The notes: a model not told the origin generated them from the sequence alone. DNA of 40,861 bases from Octopus bimaculoides (GCF_001194135.2 NC_068985.1:8794727-8835587), one strand, 5' to 3'; positions 12,093 through 24,156 are shown, numbered from the stretch's first letter. Numbers and translations are program-made.

Positions 12093-13987
12093 AAGAACAT
12101 TTATATAAGCTCCAAATTAGACAAGTCTTCCAATTACTTTTTGCTAGTTCACAAATGTTCTTAGGAAAGAGATGAATGCCAAATTGTTCCATGCCGTTTT
12201 TGCTATAAAATTGTTGTCGCGAAATTGAGATGAAAAAAACTTCGTTAATCATTTTTGCGTGTTAATTTAACCAAATATATTTTAGATATGTAAATATAAA
12301 GCAATAGACAAATACTAGATGAAACAGCTTCATCATTGGATTGATAGCCATTTTGATAAAAAGAATTAGAGGAAATAATCGAACTTAATCCGAAAAAGAA
12401 CATTAAAAAATGAAAATTAAAGGCTGATACTCGGAATTAGTAATTAATTCTTTCATTTTAAGAAAAGCATTATGAGGTTTGTTTGAATAAAATATATAAT
12501 TATATTCTTGCTACTTTTTCTCATCCCTAAACCCCGTGTTGAATAATTAAGCCCAAAAGCGAAGTAAAAGCAAACAAGATATTTCATTTTCTTTTTCAAA
12601 CAATAGGATAGAAATAGAATCTACGAAAGCTAAACAATCTTAAATATTTTATTGGAAAGATTTGCAATTATTGCTTATACGAAACGCTTAGATTCTAGCG
12701 TGTTTTACACATTATTTACAGCAGAATGAGAGAAAGAAAGTAAACAACTTTTATATCAGTAAATGAATGGGTGTATCTATGTGCGGCAGTGATCAGGAGT
12801 AGACAGGAGACACGCGAGGAAATATATTAAAAACTTCACCGCAGCAACATATACAGAAAAAAAAAATCAAGTGCAGTAGAAATTGCTATATAATTTTTCT
12901 TTTTTTTTTTTCTTTTTGCTCATAGACTAAAAAATAAAATGTAATTAATTTTATAATTTATCGCTCTCAAAATTACAATACTAAAATGTAATATAATGGC
13001 TTTAGATGATCTGAACACAATAAACATACAAATGAAAAGTAATTATTGCAACAATAATATTAGAGTAATGCATAATTTATTTTTAAAAAAATTAAACTGA
13101 TGAAAATGGTTTAGAAAACAACTTCAAGGCTGACTGAAAGTGAAATAATGAAAACAAACAATAAATAAATAACTTGTTTGCTTAGATTTCAATATCGCGA
13201 CTTGTAAAAAGGATTCATCAAATGAAACGGAAATGTAACGTATCTCTCATTTGCACAGATATGGGCAGGGTGCATCATGTGCAGATCGGTAAATTTACAG
13301 ATTCTTCTGGCGAAACAAGAACCAGCACTGAATTTTCCTATAGGAAAGGACCCAACTTTCAGTGCTGGCTCAAATTTCTATAGAAATTCTGTAGAGATAA
13401 TTTGAGAAAGTGATTGAATCGCACTGCTAACAATATTGACGTATAAGTCTTTAATATACTTGGAAAGACACAAATGGACTCTGCTAAATTCTACAAACGA
13501 ATAACGTCCTTTTTTTCGTCCTTAATGACAAAATAAAAAGATTTTAAGGACTACACTATTCTCTTGATATATATTTTATCAACTCTGAGAAGAGGAAAGA
13601 CAACCAAGAATAGTGTTTGTTAGAATATGAATTTAGAACATTTATAGACTAGAGCAATCGAAGTGTTTAGTCAAGTATTCTAGAGTTCCTGAAATCAGTC
13701 ACCGTAAATAGAAATACGTAGAAATATTTTTTTCGCACAAGCGACATGTCACATATTCAAACTGGAAATATGCTATCGATTCATTCGACTGATCGAAGAA
13801 TCAATAATATAAACTCTAGATTTTGAAGATTTAGTTTGTCAAATCGCACTCACTTCATCCACTTGAAAATTATGAAATTGTTGACCTCTGCCCCTAAGGC
13901 ATTTCATATCTTATTTCAGACTATATTCTACGCCGTTCTACAGATTTCGCTACACGCCACCAGAGTAATAATGATTATTTTTATATA

Positions 13988-14052
13988 TAGGCGCTGGAGT
14001 AGGTGTGTGGTAAGAAGCTTGCTTCCAAGCCACATGGTTCCGGGTTCAGTCC

Positions 14053-14054
<2 letters not shown>
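13988..14054 (+). mobile_element. SINE family B head only
   Basis: taggcgctggagtaggtgtgtggtaagaagcttgcttcc..cacatggttccgggttcagtcccac, then (CA)n. Confidence 0.75.
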
Positions 14055-14107
<53 letters not shown>

Positions 14108-14129
14108 AACGTAAAAAGTAAAAAGTAAA

Positions 14130-14610
14130 AAGTAAAAGAGTCAAGAGGAAGAGTAAGTACGGTTAGGCAGCTTTTTAATCACTACAAATGTTTCGATACA
14201 TATAAATCCTCGTATATACAGGATTTAGAGTTAAGTTTAAATTAAATTATGTAACGATTTACCTGTATAAGAAGATCTATATGTATCTCCTCAGGTGAAA
14301 CTCAGTTGCTGTCTCCGTAAGTATTTCCATGCTACAACATCACTCAACTATATATATATATATATTTATATTTATATTTATATTTATATAATACAGAATG
14401 GGACAAGAACGCAAAACATCCAGACAATTAGGTGATACAAGAAAGGGACAAAACATCCAGACAGACGATACAAAGAAAACAAGGACAGGTCATTCGGAGT
14501 TTTCTCTCTTCAGTCGAGATTCAGATTATCTTTGCAATTTCAGCTGGTTATTCTCGATATTGCTCCAATCTGGCCAGCCCTAAGGAAAAAATAAGCTAAG
14601 AGCATTAGAT
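14130..14610 (-). mobile_element. Penelope-like element pseudo-LTR region carrying a hammerhead ribozyme
   Basis: Minus strand shares cttacggagaca...CTGAGGA...GAAACa.ttGTAgtgatt.aaaa...aaccg...tact...ttga with the PLE ORF-containing arms at 37939-39035. The 14395-14610 part may be a separate adjacent repeat. Confidence 0.6.
14168..14311 (-). ncRNA. type I hammerhead ribozyme with extended stem II
   Basis: Minus strand: stem I tcac/gtga (plus distal cagc/gctg); core CUGAGGA (14294-14288); stem II gatacatata/tatatgtatc, a perfect 10 bp starting with G10.1-C11.1 and extended by gatcttc/gaggatt and tatacagg/cctgtata; GAAA-C (14194-14190); minimal stem III with loop auuu; GUA triplet (14185-14183). 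Predicted cleavage between 14183 and 14182. Confidence 0.75.
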
Positions 14611-14886
14611 ATACATATGCATATATATAGACATTATTACTACACATACTTTGAACGTACATATTGCATTTAAATACCAGAAGCTGCGGTTTTCTGTGTG
14701 GGAAAATCTCCTTTTAAGAACGTATAGTGTGGAAAAAACAATATACACCAGAGCGAGGCGAACAACACAATGACAGTGTGTCTGGAATTGACAAGGTTTA
14801 TATTTTAGAGCTGCTTCTATTGCATAATCTGAAAAACACACACGTACACACACACATATATATCTATGAATGTATGTATGTATGTA

Positions 14887-14915
14887 TGTAATTGTTCAGT
14901 TTTATTTCAAGATTT
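14887..14915 (-). mobile_element. ultra-short 3' end of the R4/Dong-like family seen at 1101, embedded in (TACA)n
   Basis: Minus strand: cataca|aatcttgaaataaaactgaacaat|tacatacatac; matches the terminus of the 28592 copy. Confidence 0.6.
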
Positions 14916-14944
14916 GTATGTATGTGTATGTGTATGTGTATCCA

Positions 14945-15073
14945 TACGTTAAGGGTACACGTGTCTGTGGGGTGCTCAGCCACTTGCACGTTAATTTTAC
15001 GAGCAGGCTGCTCCGTTGATCGGATCAACTGGAACCCTCGACGTCGTAAGCGACGGAGTGCCAACAACAACAA
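14945..15073 (+). mobile_element. SINE family C, 3' fragment
   Basis: tacgttaagggtacacgtgtctgtgg...ggagtgccaacaacaac. Confidence 0.85.
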
Positions 15074-15886
15074 TGTGTATCCATGTACCTGCTGTGCGTG
15101 CTTGCATGAGTGTATCTCTGGACCTATGACCAAAGATAGATAGTGAAATATCAGATAGCAATGCAAAAAACCAGCTATCATATATTTCATAATAATTTAT
15201 TTCTAACCATTTCTTTTTTACTATCCTAACATCAGCCATTTGTTTTCTTTTTTCTTTTTTTTTTTTTGGTTTTACTTTTAGTGGGGTGGAGAACAGCTGT
15301 AACGCGTTTGATCTTTGCATAATATAAATGTAGATATCATTCTTATATTCGGAAATAGAACATTCTGTTGGCCATTGCATTCGACTCCACTGCATATTCA
15401 CCACAGTAAATTAAATCTCATTATCAATTGAAATATTTATATTATTAGTTCAATTTATCGAGTTTACGAGACTAATTTTAGCAACCAATTTGCCACTTTC
15501 CGTCTTCTCTTTCAATACTTGAAACTATTTGCTCGTTTTCTGGAACGTTACATGCGCTTTAATAGATTGAATTTGATCTTTGATGTTTCGGCCAAACTTG
15601 CAGGTTTAGGCACCTTACCAATATCCACCAAAGCATTACTGACTCAATTTGGCTGTTTATCAACTGCAGACTATTTTAAAAACATTAATTCTTTTTCCTC
15701 ATCCAATATGTCCTACTTTCATTTTTCGTATTTTTTACTCCGACTGAAAGAGAAAAAGACCTAACAATTCTATTATCTGATTATCATATTGAGCTTAAGT
15801 TATTTAATCATTTACTCTTTTCCTGGGTTCAGTCAAGTTACTGGAATGCGGCCATGCTACAGCACTGCCTCTAATGTTCTTCAGTA

Positions 15887-16314
15887 CATGCAGGCGTGGT
15901 TGTGCGGTAAGAAGTTTGCTTACCAATTACATGGCTCGTGGTTCAGTCTCATTGCGTGACACTTTGGGCATGTGTCTTCTACTAAAGCCTTGGGCCGACC
16001 AAAGCCTTGTGAGTGGAATTGGTAGACGGAAATTGAAAGACGATCGTCGTATATATGTATATGTGTGGGTAGGTGGGTGGTTGTGTGTTTATGTGTGTCT
16101 TTGCGTCTGTGTTACCCCTCCACCGATTGAAAACCGATGTTGGTCTGTTTACGTCCCCGTGACTTAGCGGTTGAGCTCAAGAGAACGATAGAATAAGTAC
16201 CAGGCTTAAAAAAAGAACATGAGTACTGGGGTGGATTAATCCGACTGAAATTCTTCCCGGCGGTGCCCCAGCTTCACCACAGTCTCATGGCTGAAGCAAC
16301 AAAATGATAAAAGA
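15887..16314 (+). mobile_element. SINE family B, full length
   Basis: Head, CORE-like block, internal microsatellite and ggcggtgccccagc...tgaagcaacaaaatgataaaaga tail. An inverted tail fragment lies immediately upstream (15825-15870). Confidence 0.85.
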
Positions 16315-16493
16315 TATATGTTGTTCTCGAAACACATTTCATGTATATTAATAAACGGATAATGAATGCCAAACCCAATGACAACAAGAGTGCTCAAACC
16401 TTCGTGTGTAACAACTGAATTGATATTTTACAGAAGCTTTACAGAATAAACTGTTTCAACTAAAGAACATCTGCGATGTGGTTTGACCTACAG

Positions 16494-16586
16494 GAGATAA
16501 CAGCCGAATCTTCATATACCCTGCTCGACCCATCAAGAAGAATGGCGAATATGCTTTTCTACAGCTGTGCAAAATGTCGTTAATAG
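16494..16586 (+). CDS. candidate isolated 93 nt phase 1-1 exon, (G)DNSRIFIYPARPIKKNGEYAFLQLCKMSLI(G)
   Basis: Acceptor gtttgacctacag| and donor ATAG|gtaatg, open frame, length divisible by 3. The C-terminal part loosely resembles the end of fucolectin/F5-8C-like domains (..YA.L.LCEVEVYG|C). No partner exons identified. Confidence 0.3.
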
Positions 16587-17178
16587 GTAATGATGTAGGA
16601 ACGAGTGGTAAGAAAGCACGGAACACGTGGTGCTACTGTAAAGTATATAAGTCACAAATTATTAGATTATAGAGACGGTTTACTGACAAAGTCAATCATT
16701 AAATGTGATTTGTAAGATTGTAAATAAATAATTAGTAATCTTATATCAAATACCTTAAATTAATTAGCATACAAGTAACTAACGTTATAATTTGTTATCG
16801 ATTTGAATATTAACTCTGTTATTAACACCCCCACCCTTGCTAATATCTACTTCATTTAAAGAAAGACCGAGGTGTTATTGCCAGGATTATGGTTCCGGCT
16901 AATCCAAAGACTCCGTCTTCAGTGATGTGAGGCTATAGATAATAAATATTACAGACGAACACCTCTTGTCAATGGGGTCAACGCCTGTTATGAAGTTTAA
17001 TTTTGCTTACGCTATTAATGCATATGTGAAATGCAGAAAAGCTATGAATTCAGAATATCTTTATAAGCATCACTGTGTGCAATCAACAAGAAAGGAAATT
17101 TTATTGCTTTATTGATGTTGATTATTAAGCGGAAATAATAATGTTCAAGAGTAGCCGGGTGGTGGTGGTGGTGGTGGT

Positions 17179-17236
<58 letters not shown>

Positions 17237-17389
17237 AGATTAGATGAAACTCATTATTTAATTGCTACATTTTTATTGTCTGCGGATAGATGAAAATAGG
17301 AATCAATCTCAGTGGGATTCGTACTCACAACTTAAATAGCAATAACTTATCGCTGAGTGACAGTAAGGACATTTTCATTTTTGTACATA

Positions 17390-18530
17390 TTTAGACAAAT
17401 CATCGTTGCTGTCCTGGGGTCCGCGGTCTCTTGTCTTGTCACATACATTATACATCTGACGACCTTATCAATCCAGATCAACCCTGACCTGCTAACCCCA
17501 TCGTTCAATCCATTTCAGGCAGACCCCAACAAAATGCCTTCTCTGCTGCCTTCATTTGGGTGTTGATATCTCTCGCTCTCTACAGTAATTACCAGAATCC
17601 CTTGTCTTTATTAAGTAATCTATCTGTGAACCATTACCTGCGCAGTTCCACTTGGATGCATTTGGTTCTGATCCGGTTCCTGCAGCAGTCTTCCACTTCA
17701 TTTTCTTGGTATTTCGTCCGTTTCAATTTTATACCTCTACCCACCCATCCGGCTGTTAACTCCAATACAATTCGCTGCCGGACGCTTTAGAAACCAAATT
17801 AAGTTTCTGATCTCAAAAGGGACTGGTATATGATAACATTTTCAGATACGCTCCAGATCAACTGCCATCACATATCTGTGTACAGTGGTAAACATCCCAT
17901 CGGAGTAGATCTTGGGCTTTTCTTCAGCGGATCCCCTTCGTTGTTAAAGACGATTTAAAGACGATCATCTCGGTTGAAATGTAGGCATAACTTCTGTCAC
18001 CGAATACTTACTGATTTTATCTAAGACTTTTGCAATCGGGTCATGTCAGCAGCAATAGCACCCCTTATCTCTCAGTATCTAATCAAAAGTAATACAGAGT
18101 TTGCGAAATTCCCTATGTAACCCAGTTGGATGTACTCTAGATACACCAGAGAGCCCCTGTATCTAGAACCCGATCAAGTGTGGTTTCCACTTCCAAATCT
18201 CCTGCCTGGTCTGTTGCGTATCCCCACTTTAAGAATACACCTCGATCTTGCAAAAAATTCCATCGAAGCTGATCCACCCTCTGTCTGTTGTTGATCGAGG
18301 CTGTTGATCGAGGCTTTCTGAATAAAGCAGACAAGGACATAACTCGAAATTCGTTCATGTTTTCAGATTTCTTTTCTCTAAGTATACATATAGTTCATGA
18401 CGGAGCAGTATTCTCCCTCCTTATGATCCGCTTTATGATCCCCCAAGGTAGATGGTATAGTTTTGGGCAGTTTGACGGTGTCTTAGGAGCGGAACAATGT
18501 GTAAAGAGCTGGAGTAAATGCTAACTGGCA
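17390..18530 (-). mobile_element. HERO-like (R2-group, RLE) non-LTR retrotransposon 3' part, heavily decayed
   Basis: Minus-strand translation: GCYCC*HDPIAKVLDKISK (cf. GRYRWRHDQVLK), QRIVLELTAGW (cf. VLLELTVPW), LKRTKYQENEVEDCCRNRIRTKCIQVE (cf. RKRAKYxELVExC..GWR..C.PVEVG), KAAEKAFCW (cf. EAAExASRW). 3'UTR ...gaccccagg...gatgatttgtc resembles HERO tails as I recall them. Confidence 0.7.
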
Positions 18531-18578
18531 TTATTAAAAATAATAATGATAATAATGATAGTAATAATAATAATAATA

Positions 18579-18580
<2 letters not shown>

Positions 18581-18652
<72 letters not shown>
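18581..18652. repeat. (TTA)24 microsatellite preceded by inverted (TAA)n
   Basis: Direct reading; palindromic junction at 18579/18580. Confidence 0.95.
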
Positions 18653-18654
<2 letters not shown>

Positions 18655-18978
18655 GACAGCGAAACGGGCTGATTACTACCTAGCTCAGATACCAGGAAAC
18701 CCCAAAATGGCTGAAGTTCAAAAGATAGTGCTCATGGGAACTGCCCATATCCTACGTAAAATACTGTCTATGTGATCTCAAATTTTAAAACAAACACAAT
18801 TTTCTTATGGTTTCTTAAACATTCTCTAGTACAAATCCAAATATATGGTATGTACAAATCCAAATATATGGTACCCTAGGCATAACACCTACATGAACTT
18901 CTAGCTTGTTGTCTCTTGAGGTCTCTGGATGAGACTTGGATCCAACTTGTACAAATGCAAAACAAAAGTCAAACATAA

Positions 18979-19032
<54 letters not shown>
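18653..19032 (+). mobile_element. second R4/Dong-like RLE LINE: extreme 3' end with (TAA)n tail
   Basis: MTAKRADYYLAQIPGNPKMAEVQKIVLMGTAHILRKILSM* matches the R4/Dong C-terminal (I/L)QK.VLLGTA.ILRKVL motif. The 3'UTR ends in (TAA)~18 and holds a 23 bp internal tandem duplication near 18828-18872. Confidence 0.75.
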
Positions 19033-19034
<2 letters not shown>

Positions 19035-19130
19035 CAAGCTGGACCCGTGAAAAATTCACGGCAAACATAAGAAATATAAGCATCTGTAAACAGTGTAGTG
19101 GTGTCATGAGAAATGTTTGCATATTATGAC

Positions 19131-19280
19131 CGTCTGTCTTTACGTTCTGAGTTCAAATTCTGCTGAGATCGAATTTGCCTTTCGTCCTTTCGGGGTCGAT
19201 AAATTAAGTATCAGTTGTGCACTGGGGTCGATCTAATCATCTGTCCCCCTCCCCACAAACAATTCAGGCCTAGAAAAGTA
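19131..19280 (+). mobile_element. SINE family A, 5'-truncated
   Basis: cgtctgtctttacgttctgagttcaaattc...gtcgataaattaagtatcagttg...ccccctcccc. Confidence 0.8.
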
Positions 19281-19465
19281 TATTGTGACAGTTACGGAAT
19301 ATAGAAAGTAATGTAACACCAATGACGATATAATCCAACCAAAATATCTCAGTTTGACAAACGTAACCGGAATTATTATTTAACCTTGAAATACATCGTA
19401 CATATTCAAAGAACCTTAAATACTGCTATGCATTTCGTCCGGCGTTCTGCCAGCTCTCCAACTTC

Positions 19466-19497
<32 letters not shown>

Positions 19498-20112
19498 CTT
19501 CCAACGTGTGGGTATGCGAGCCGTATTTGTAATGCTGTGTGTATGTCGTCTGCAGTGGGAACAGGGACAGTTTTCTCTATGAAGGCCTTTTTCAGTCAAT
19601 CCACTGATATAGTGACTTTACGACCATTAAGGGCTATAGAGAAAAAATTGTACGTGTGTGAAAGAAAACGGGAAGGACCTGCATACGGTGCTGTTAACAG
19701 AGTTTAACAACTTCGCTGCGCACAAAAACGTGAGTCCAAGAAGTAAAGCTTCCTTCAAGGCAGAGCTAGCAATGCTATTGTCAAGTAGGTAAGAGGTTTT
19801 AAACAGGGGCGATATATTCATAGTTGGTAAAACTAAAAATTGCCGAGGATTAATTAAATTTATTATTGTTATTGTATACGTTAATGTTATTTAATTTCTG
19901 AACGGTTTTGCTGCCGTTTGTTTATGTGGTTTGATTGCTTTATCCATCAGTTTCTACTAAGATAGCGACGCGAGTAAAATTAATAATAGAGAAACGAAAG
20001 CAACGCCACCATAGCTTACGTGGAAATCATGAGCGTGCTTTCAAGGGAGATAATCAGAGAAAGACTTGAATGTTCGTAAGATCGTAATACTTTATGTAAA
20101 GTAAATATAACA

Positions 20113-20315
20113 AATAATCCAGAATCCTTGTCCGGAATCAGATCGATCCCAAAATTTAATCAGTTCGTACCAGTCATGAGGCTAAACATCCCTGAAAGTT
20201 TAATTCAAATCCATCCAGCGGTTCTTGAGATATCTTATCCACGGACATACAAACAAAGAAACAAACACGACTGAAAACAATACCTCCGTCTTCTCTAAGG
20301 TGGAGGTCATAATAA
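20113..20315 (-). mobile_element. non-autonomous Helentron-associated (DINE/HINE-like) element
   Basis: Terminal hairpin acctcc(20282)...ggaggt(20307), a (caaa)n-like tract, and ctcaagaaccgctggatggatttgaattaaactt...gattaaattttggg.atcgatc text typical of this widespread class. Recognition from memory. Confidence 0.5.
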
Positions 20316-21128
20316 TAGTGCAAAATAAGTTCATTATATTTTGATGAGAATTCAAACAAATATAGTTTTAAAGAATTGGGTTGTAACGCTTCTATTATGA
20401 TTCTAATTCGATTCGTGTTGAAGCTGAACATGAATATATTAAGAAAAACTGCAAATCACTTGGTGAATCAGTGACCGTAAACACTGAAGAGTTTGGCAAT
20501 CGCTAGATTAGACGATTGTGAATTGGGACTTGACAAGAAGAAATTAAAGAATTCTTTACATTGTATTCAGTTGTACAATTAGTGTTAAGGCCTATTAACA
20601 AATCAATTGCTGATAACACCTACTTTAATCACGTTGTCTCCCTTATCTACTGACCTACCTCCTCCTTGATGTACTGTTATCTGTTTGCTCACTTTCTATC
20701 TTTCTATCTCTCTTTCTTCATACACACACACGCGGACACACACACGCGTACATATATATATATTTGTCGTAGGATTCATTAGAATCTATTCACATGATCA
20801 CGTAAGGCGCCAAAAATGGCTAGGTGCAATAACATAGGGTTCACAGTGATGTACAACGTTGCATCTGTTGCTAGGATACTGTAGCTATGTAAGTACCAAA
20901 TCCATATTAAGCCATAGATATCAGGCCTGGTTCTAAATACGACGTAGGTATATAAATAGAACCCAATTTCTGTTCTTCATATGTATGTGGGTGTGTATAC
21001 CTGTACATATATATATATATATATATATATACATACACACACACACATAATGTATATGCACATATATGTGTGTGTGCGTCTGTCTATGTATGCATACACG
21101 CAAACACATTTATAACATTTATCTCTTC

Positions 21129-21164
<36 letters not shown>

Positions 21165-21764
21165 CTCCCTCTCTCTGTATTTTTATGGGACTCACACTAA
21201 TTCTATGAACATCATTATAATTATAGACCGTGCTTTCCATCTCATAGCTTCCATTGCATTCTTGTATATCTCTCAGCTACTTCTCCCTCTGTTCCTTTCC
21301 AACACTCTCTCTCTCTCTCCTCTCACTCCCTCTCCTCTCACTCTCTCCTCTCTCTCTCTCTCTCTCTCCTCCCTCTCTCTCTCCTTTCTAACTCACACAC
21401 ACTTTATTTACATATCGCTTACTCTCTCTTTGCATTACACCTTCCTCTCCTATTCTCACCCCCGTTTGTCTGCCACTAACTCTCTTCTCCTCTCCTTTTA
21501 ATCCTGTATATATTTAATTATAATCCTCGAATGTTGTCGTCCACCATTTTACTATTTCTCCTTCCGTCTACTCCCTCCCTCCCTCCCTCTCTCGTTCTCC
21601 TTTCATTATATCTCCTACTAAATGATCCCAGTTGTACTTATCTCCCCATTTCGCTTCCCGCCTTTCTTCCACATTTCTCTGTCCCTCAAGCTGAATACGT
21701 AGAGCAAGATACATCTAGCTCTGCGTTTCTCTCATCTTGTATAACTTACTTTTTTTTATTTTTA

Positions 21765-22333
21765 CTTGTTTTAGTCATTAGAATGCGGCCATGCTGGGGC
21801 ACNNNNNNNNNNNNNNNNNNNNNNNNNNNNNNNNNNNNNNNNNNNNNNNNNNNNNNNNNNNNNNNNNNNNNNNNNNNNNNNNNNNNNNNNNNNNNNNNNN
21901 NNNNNNNNNNNNNNNNNNNNNNNNNNNNNNNNNNNNNNNNNNNNNNNNNNNNNNNNNNNNNNNNNNNNNNNNNNNNNNNNNNNNNNNNNNNNNNNNNNNN
22001 NNNNNNNNNNNNNNNNNNNNNNNNNNNNNNNNNNNNNNNNNNNNNNNNNNNNNNNNNNNNNNNNNNNNNNNNNNNNNNNNNNNNNNNNNNNNNNNNNNNN
22101 NNNNNNNNNNNNNNNNNNNNNNNNNNNNNNNNNNNNNNNNNNNNNNNNNNNNNNNNNNNNNNNNNNNNNNNNNNNNNNNNNNNNNNNNNNNNNNNNNNNN
22201 NNNNNNNNNNNNNNNNNNNNNNNNNNNNNNNNNNNNNNNNNNNNNNNNNNNNNNNNNNNNNNNNNNNNNNNNNNNNNNNNNNNNNNNNNNNNNNNNNNNN
22301 NNNNNNNNNNNNNNNNNNNNNNNNNNNNNNNNN

Positions 22334-22377
<44 letters not shown>

Positions 22378-22515
22378 TACATACATACACACACATACAC
22401 ACACACGTACACACACACACACAAACACACGACGTGTTTCTTTCAATTCCCGTCTGCCAAATCCGCTCACGAGGCTTTGATCGGCCCGAGGCTATAGTTG
22501 AATACACCAGCCGAA
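21765..22515 (-). mobile_element. SINE family B spanning an assembly gap
   Basis: Tail (ttacttgttttagtcattagaatgcggccatgctggggcac) left of the gap; CORE-like block (ggctttgatcggcccgaggctatagt) right of it. Confidence 0.7.
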
Positions 22516-22700
22516 GGCGACCACGGGTCGATGGGGTTGGGAAGCGAACTTCTTGCCTGCATCTAATTCTCGTTATCTCACGAATGACACAATTTGTCCA
22601 CGCTGACAATACCTCTTCCCATGGCGATGCGCTAAAACTATAATTGCCAACACTGTGCAGCATTGCCGAACACCAAAACATGGACTATACAATCCTACCG

Positions 22701-23059
22701 TGGCACTACGCAGGTTATGACGACGAGGGTTCCAGTTGATCCGATCAACGGAACAGCCTGCTCGTGAAATTAACGTGCAAGTGGCTGAGCACTCTACAGA
22801 CACGTGTTCCGTTAACGTAGTTCTCAGGGATATTCAGCGTGACACAGTGTGACAAGGCTGACCCTTTGAATTACAGGCACAACAGAAACAGAAAGAAAGA
22901 GTGAGAGAAAGTTGCAGTGTGCAGCAGGGTTCGCCACCACCCCCTGCTGGAGCCTCAGGTATTTTCGCTCAATAAACACTCACAACGCCGTTGTCGGAAT
23001 CGAAACCGCGATCCTACGACCGCGAATCTGCTGCCCTAACGACTGGACCATTGAGCCTT
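22701..23059 (-). mobile_element. SINE family C
   Basis: Full homology to 11707-12092. Confidence 0.88.
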
Positions 23060-23375
23060 CACACAATCGTATACTTCAACATAAACATCTTATAATCAAA
23101 CACTACAGCGACACAACAACGACGCAGCACCATGTCACTTTAACCCATTCCGTTTTCTTCATTCTCTTCTGGCCAGAACTCCATAGTAACTATACCGATA
23201 TTTTTTTTTGTTTTTTGTTTTTTTTCCAACCAACAACCATCTTTTCCACCCAAACCACTGCAAATTCTTTCTGTCAACTGTAAAGCAATATTTAACGGCG
23301 CGACGAGCAAAATCCGTCGGCGGTAAGAGCAAACACAACATGACAAACAAGACATTTATTAATTAACGTTTTTAA

Positions 23376-23383
23376 CTACTACA

Positions 23384-23445
<62 letters not shown>

Positions 23446-23557
23446 AACCATCGCTGTTGCTGCTGCTGCTGCTGCTTCTACTACTATTGTCACTACTACT
23501 ACAACTACTGCTAATAATAATAACAACAACAACAACAACAATAATAATGATGATGAT
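23376..23557. repeat. compound trinucleotide array (ACT)/(TGC)/(AAC)/(AAT)/(GAT)
   Basis: Direct reading. Confidence 0.9.
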
Positions 23558-24078
23558 NNNNNNNNNNNNNNNNNNNNNNNNNNNNNNNNNNNNNNNNNNN
23601 NNNNNNNNNNNNNNNNNNNNNNNNNNNNNNNNNNNNNNNNNNNNNNNNNNNNNNNNNNNNNNNNNNNNNNNNNNNNNNNNNNNNNNNNNNNNNNNNNNNN
23701 NNNNNNNNNNNNNNNNNNNNNNNNNNNNNNNNNNNNNNNNNNNNNNNNNNNNNNNNNNNNNNNNNNNNNNNNNNNNNNNNNNNNNNNNNNNNNNNNNNNN
23801 NNNNNNNNNNNNNNNNNNNNNNNNNNNNNNNNNNNNNNNNNNNNNNNNNNNNNNNNNNNNNNNNNNNNNNNNNNNNNNNNNNNNNNNNNNNNNNNNNNNN
23901 NNNNNNNNNNNNNNNNNNNNNNNNNNNNNNNNNNNNNNNNNNNNNNNNNNNNNNNNNNNNNNNNNNNNNNNNNNNNNAAGAAGAAGAAGAAGAAGAGCAT
24001 CACAGCACAAACCCAAGGCACACAGAGCTGCGCTCGGTAGTGAAGTGAAAGAACGTTATAAAAATAAAACTACTGAAC

Positions 24079-24152
<74 letters not shown>
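24079..24152. repeat. (TAA)n microsatellite
   Basis: Direct reading. Confidence 0.95.

Positions 24153-24156
<4 letters not shown>

Noticed and set aside
13095-13120. CTGATGAaaatggtttaGAAA
   Set aside because: No credible stems in AT-rich DNA; chance match.
14478-14516. Second hammerhead-like word set CTGAAGA-gag-aaaa-ctc-cGAAtgacctGTC on the minus strand
   Set aside because: A15.1 is missing (GAAT instead of GAAA) and stem I does not pair; at most vestigial.
23290-23330. cgacg/cgtcg hairpin near ttaa (piggyBac- or Helitron-like end)
   Set aside because: No matching second terminus or target-site duplication.
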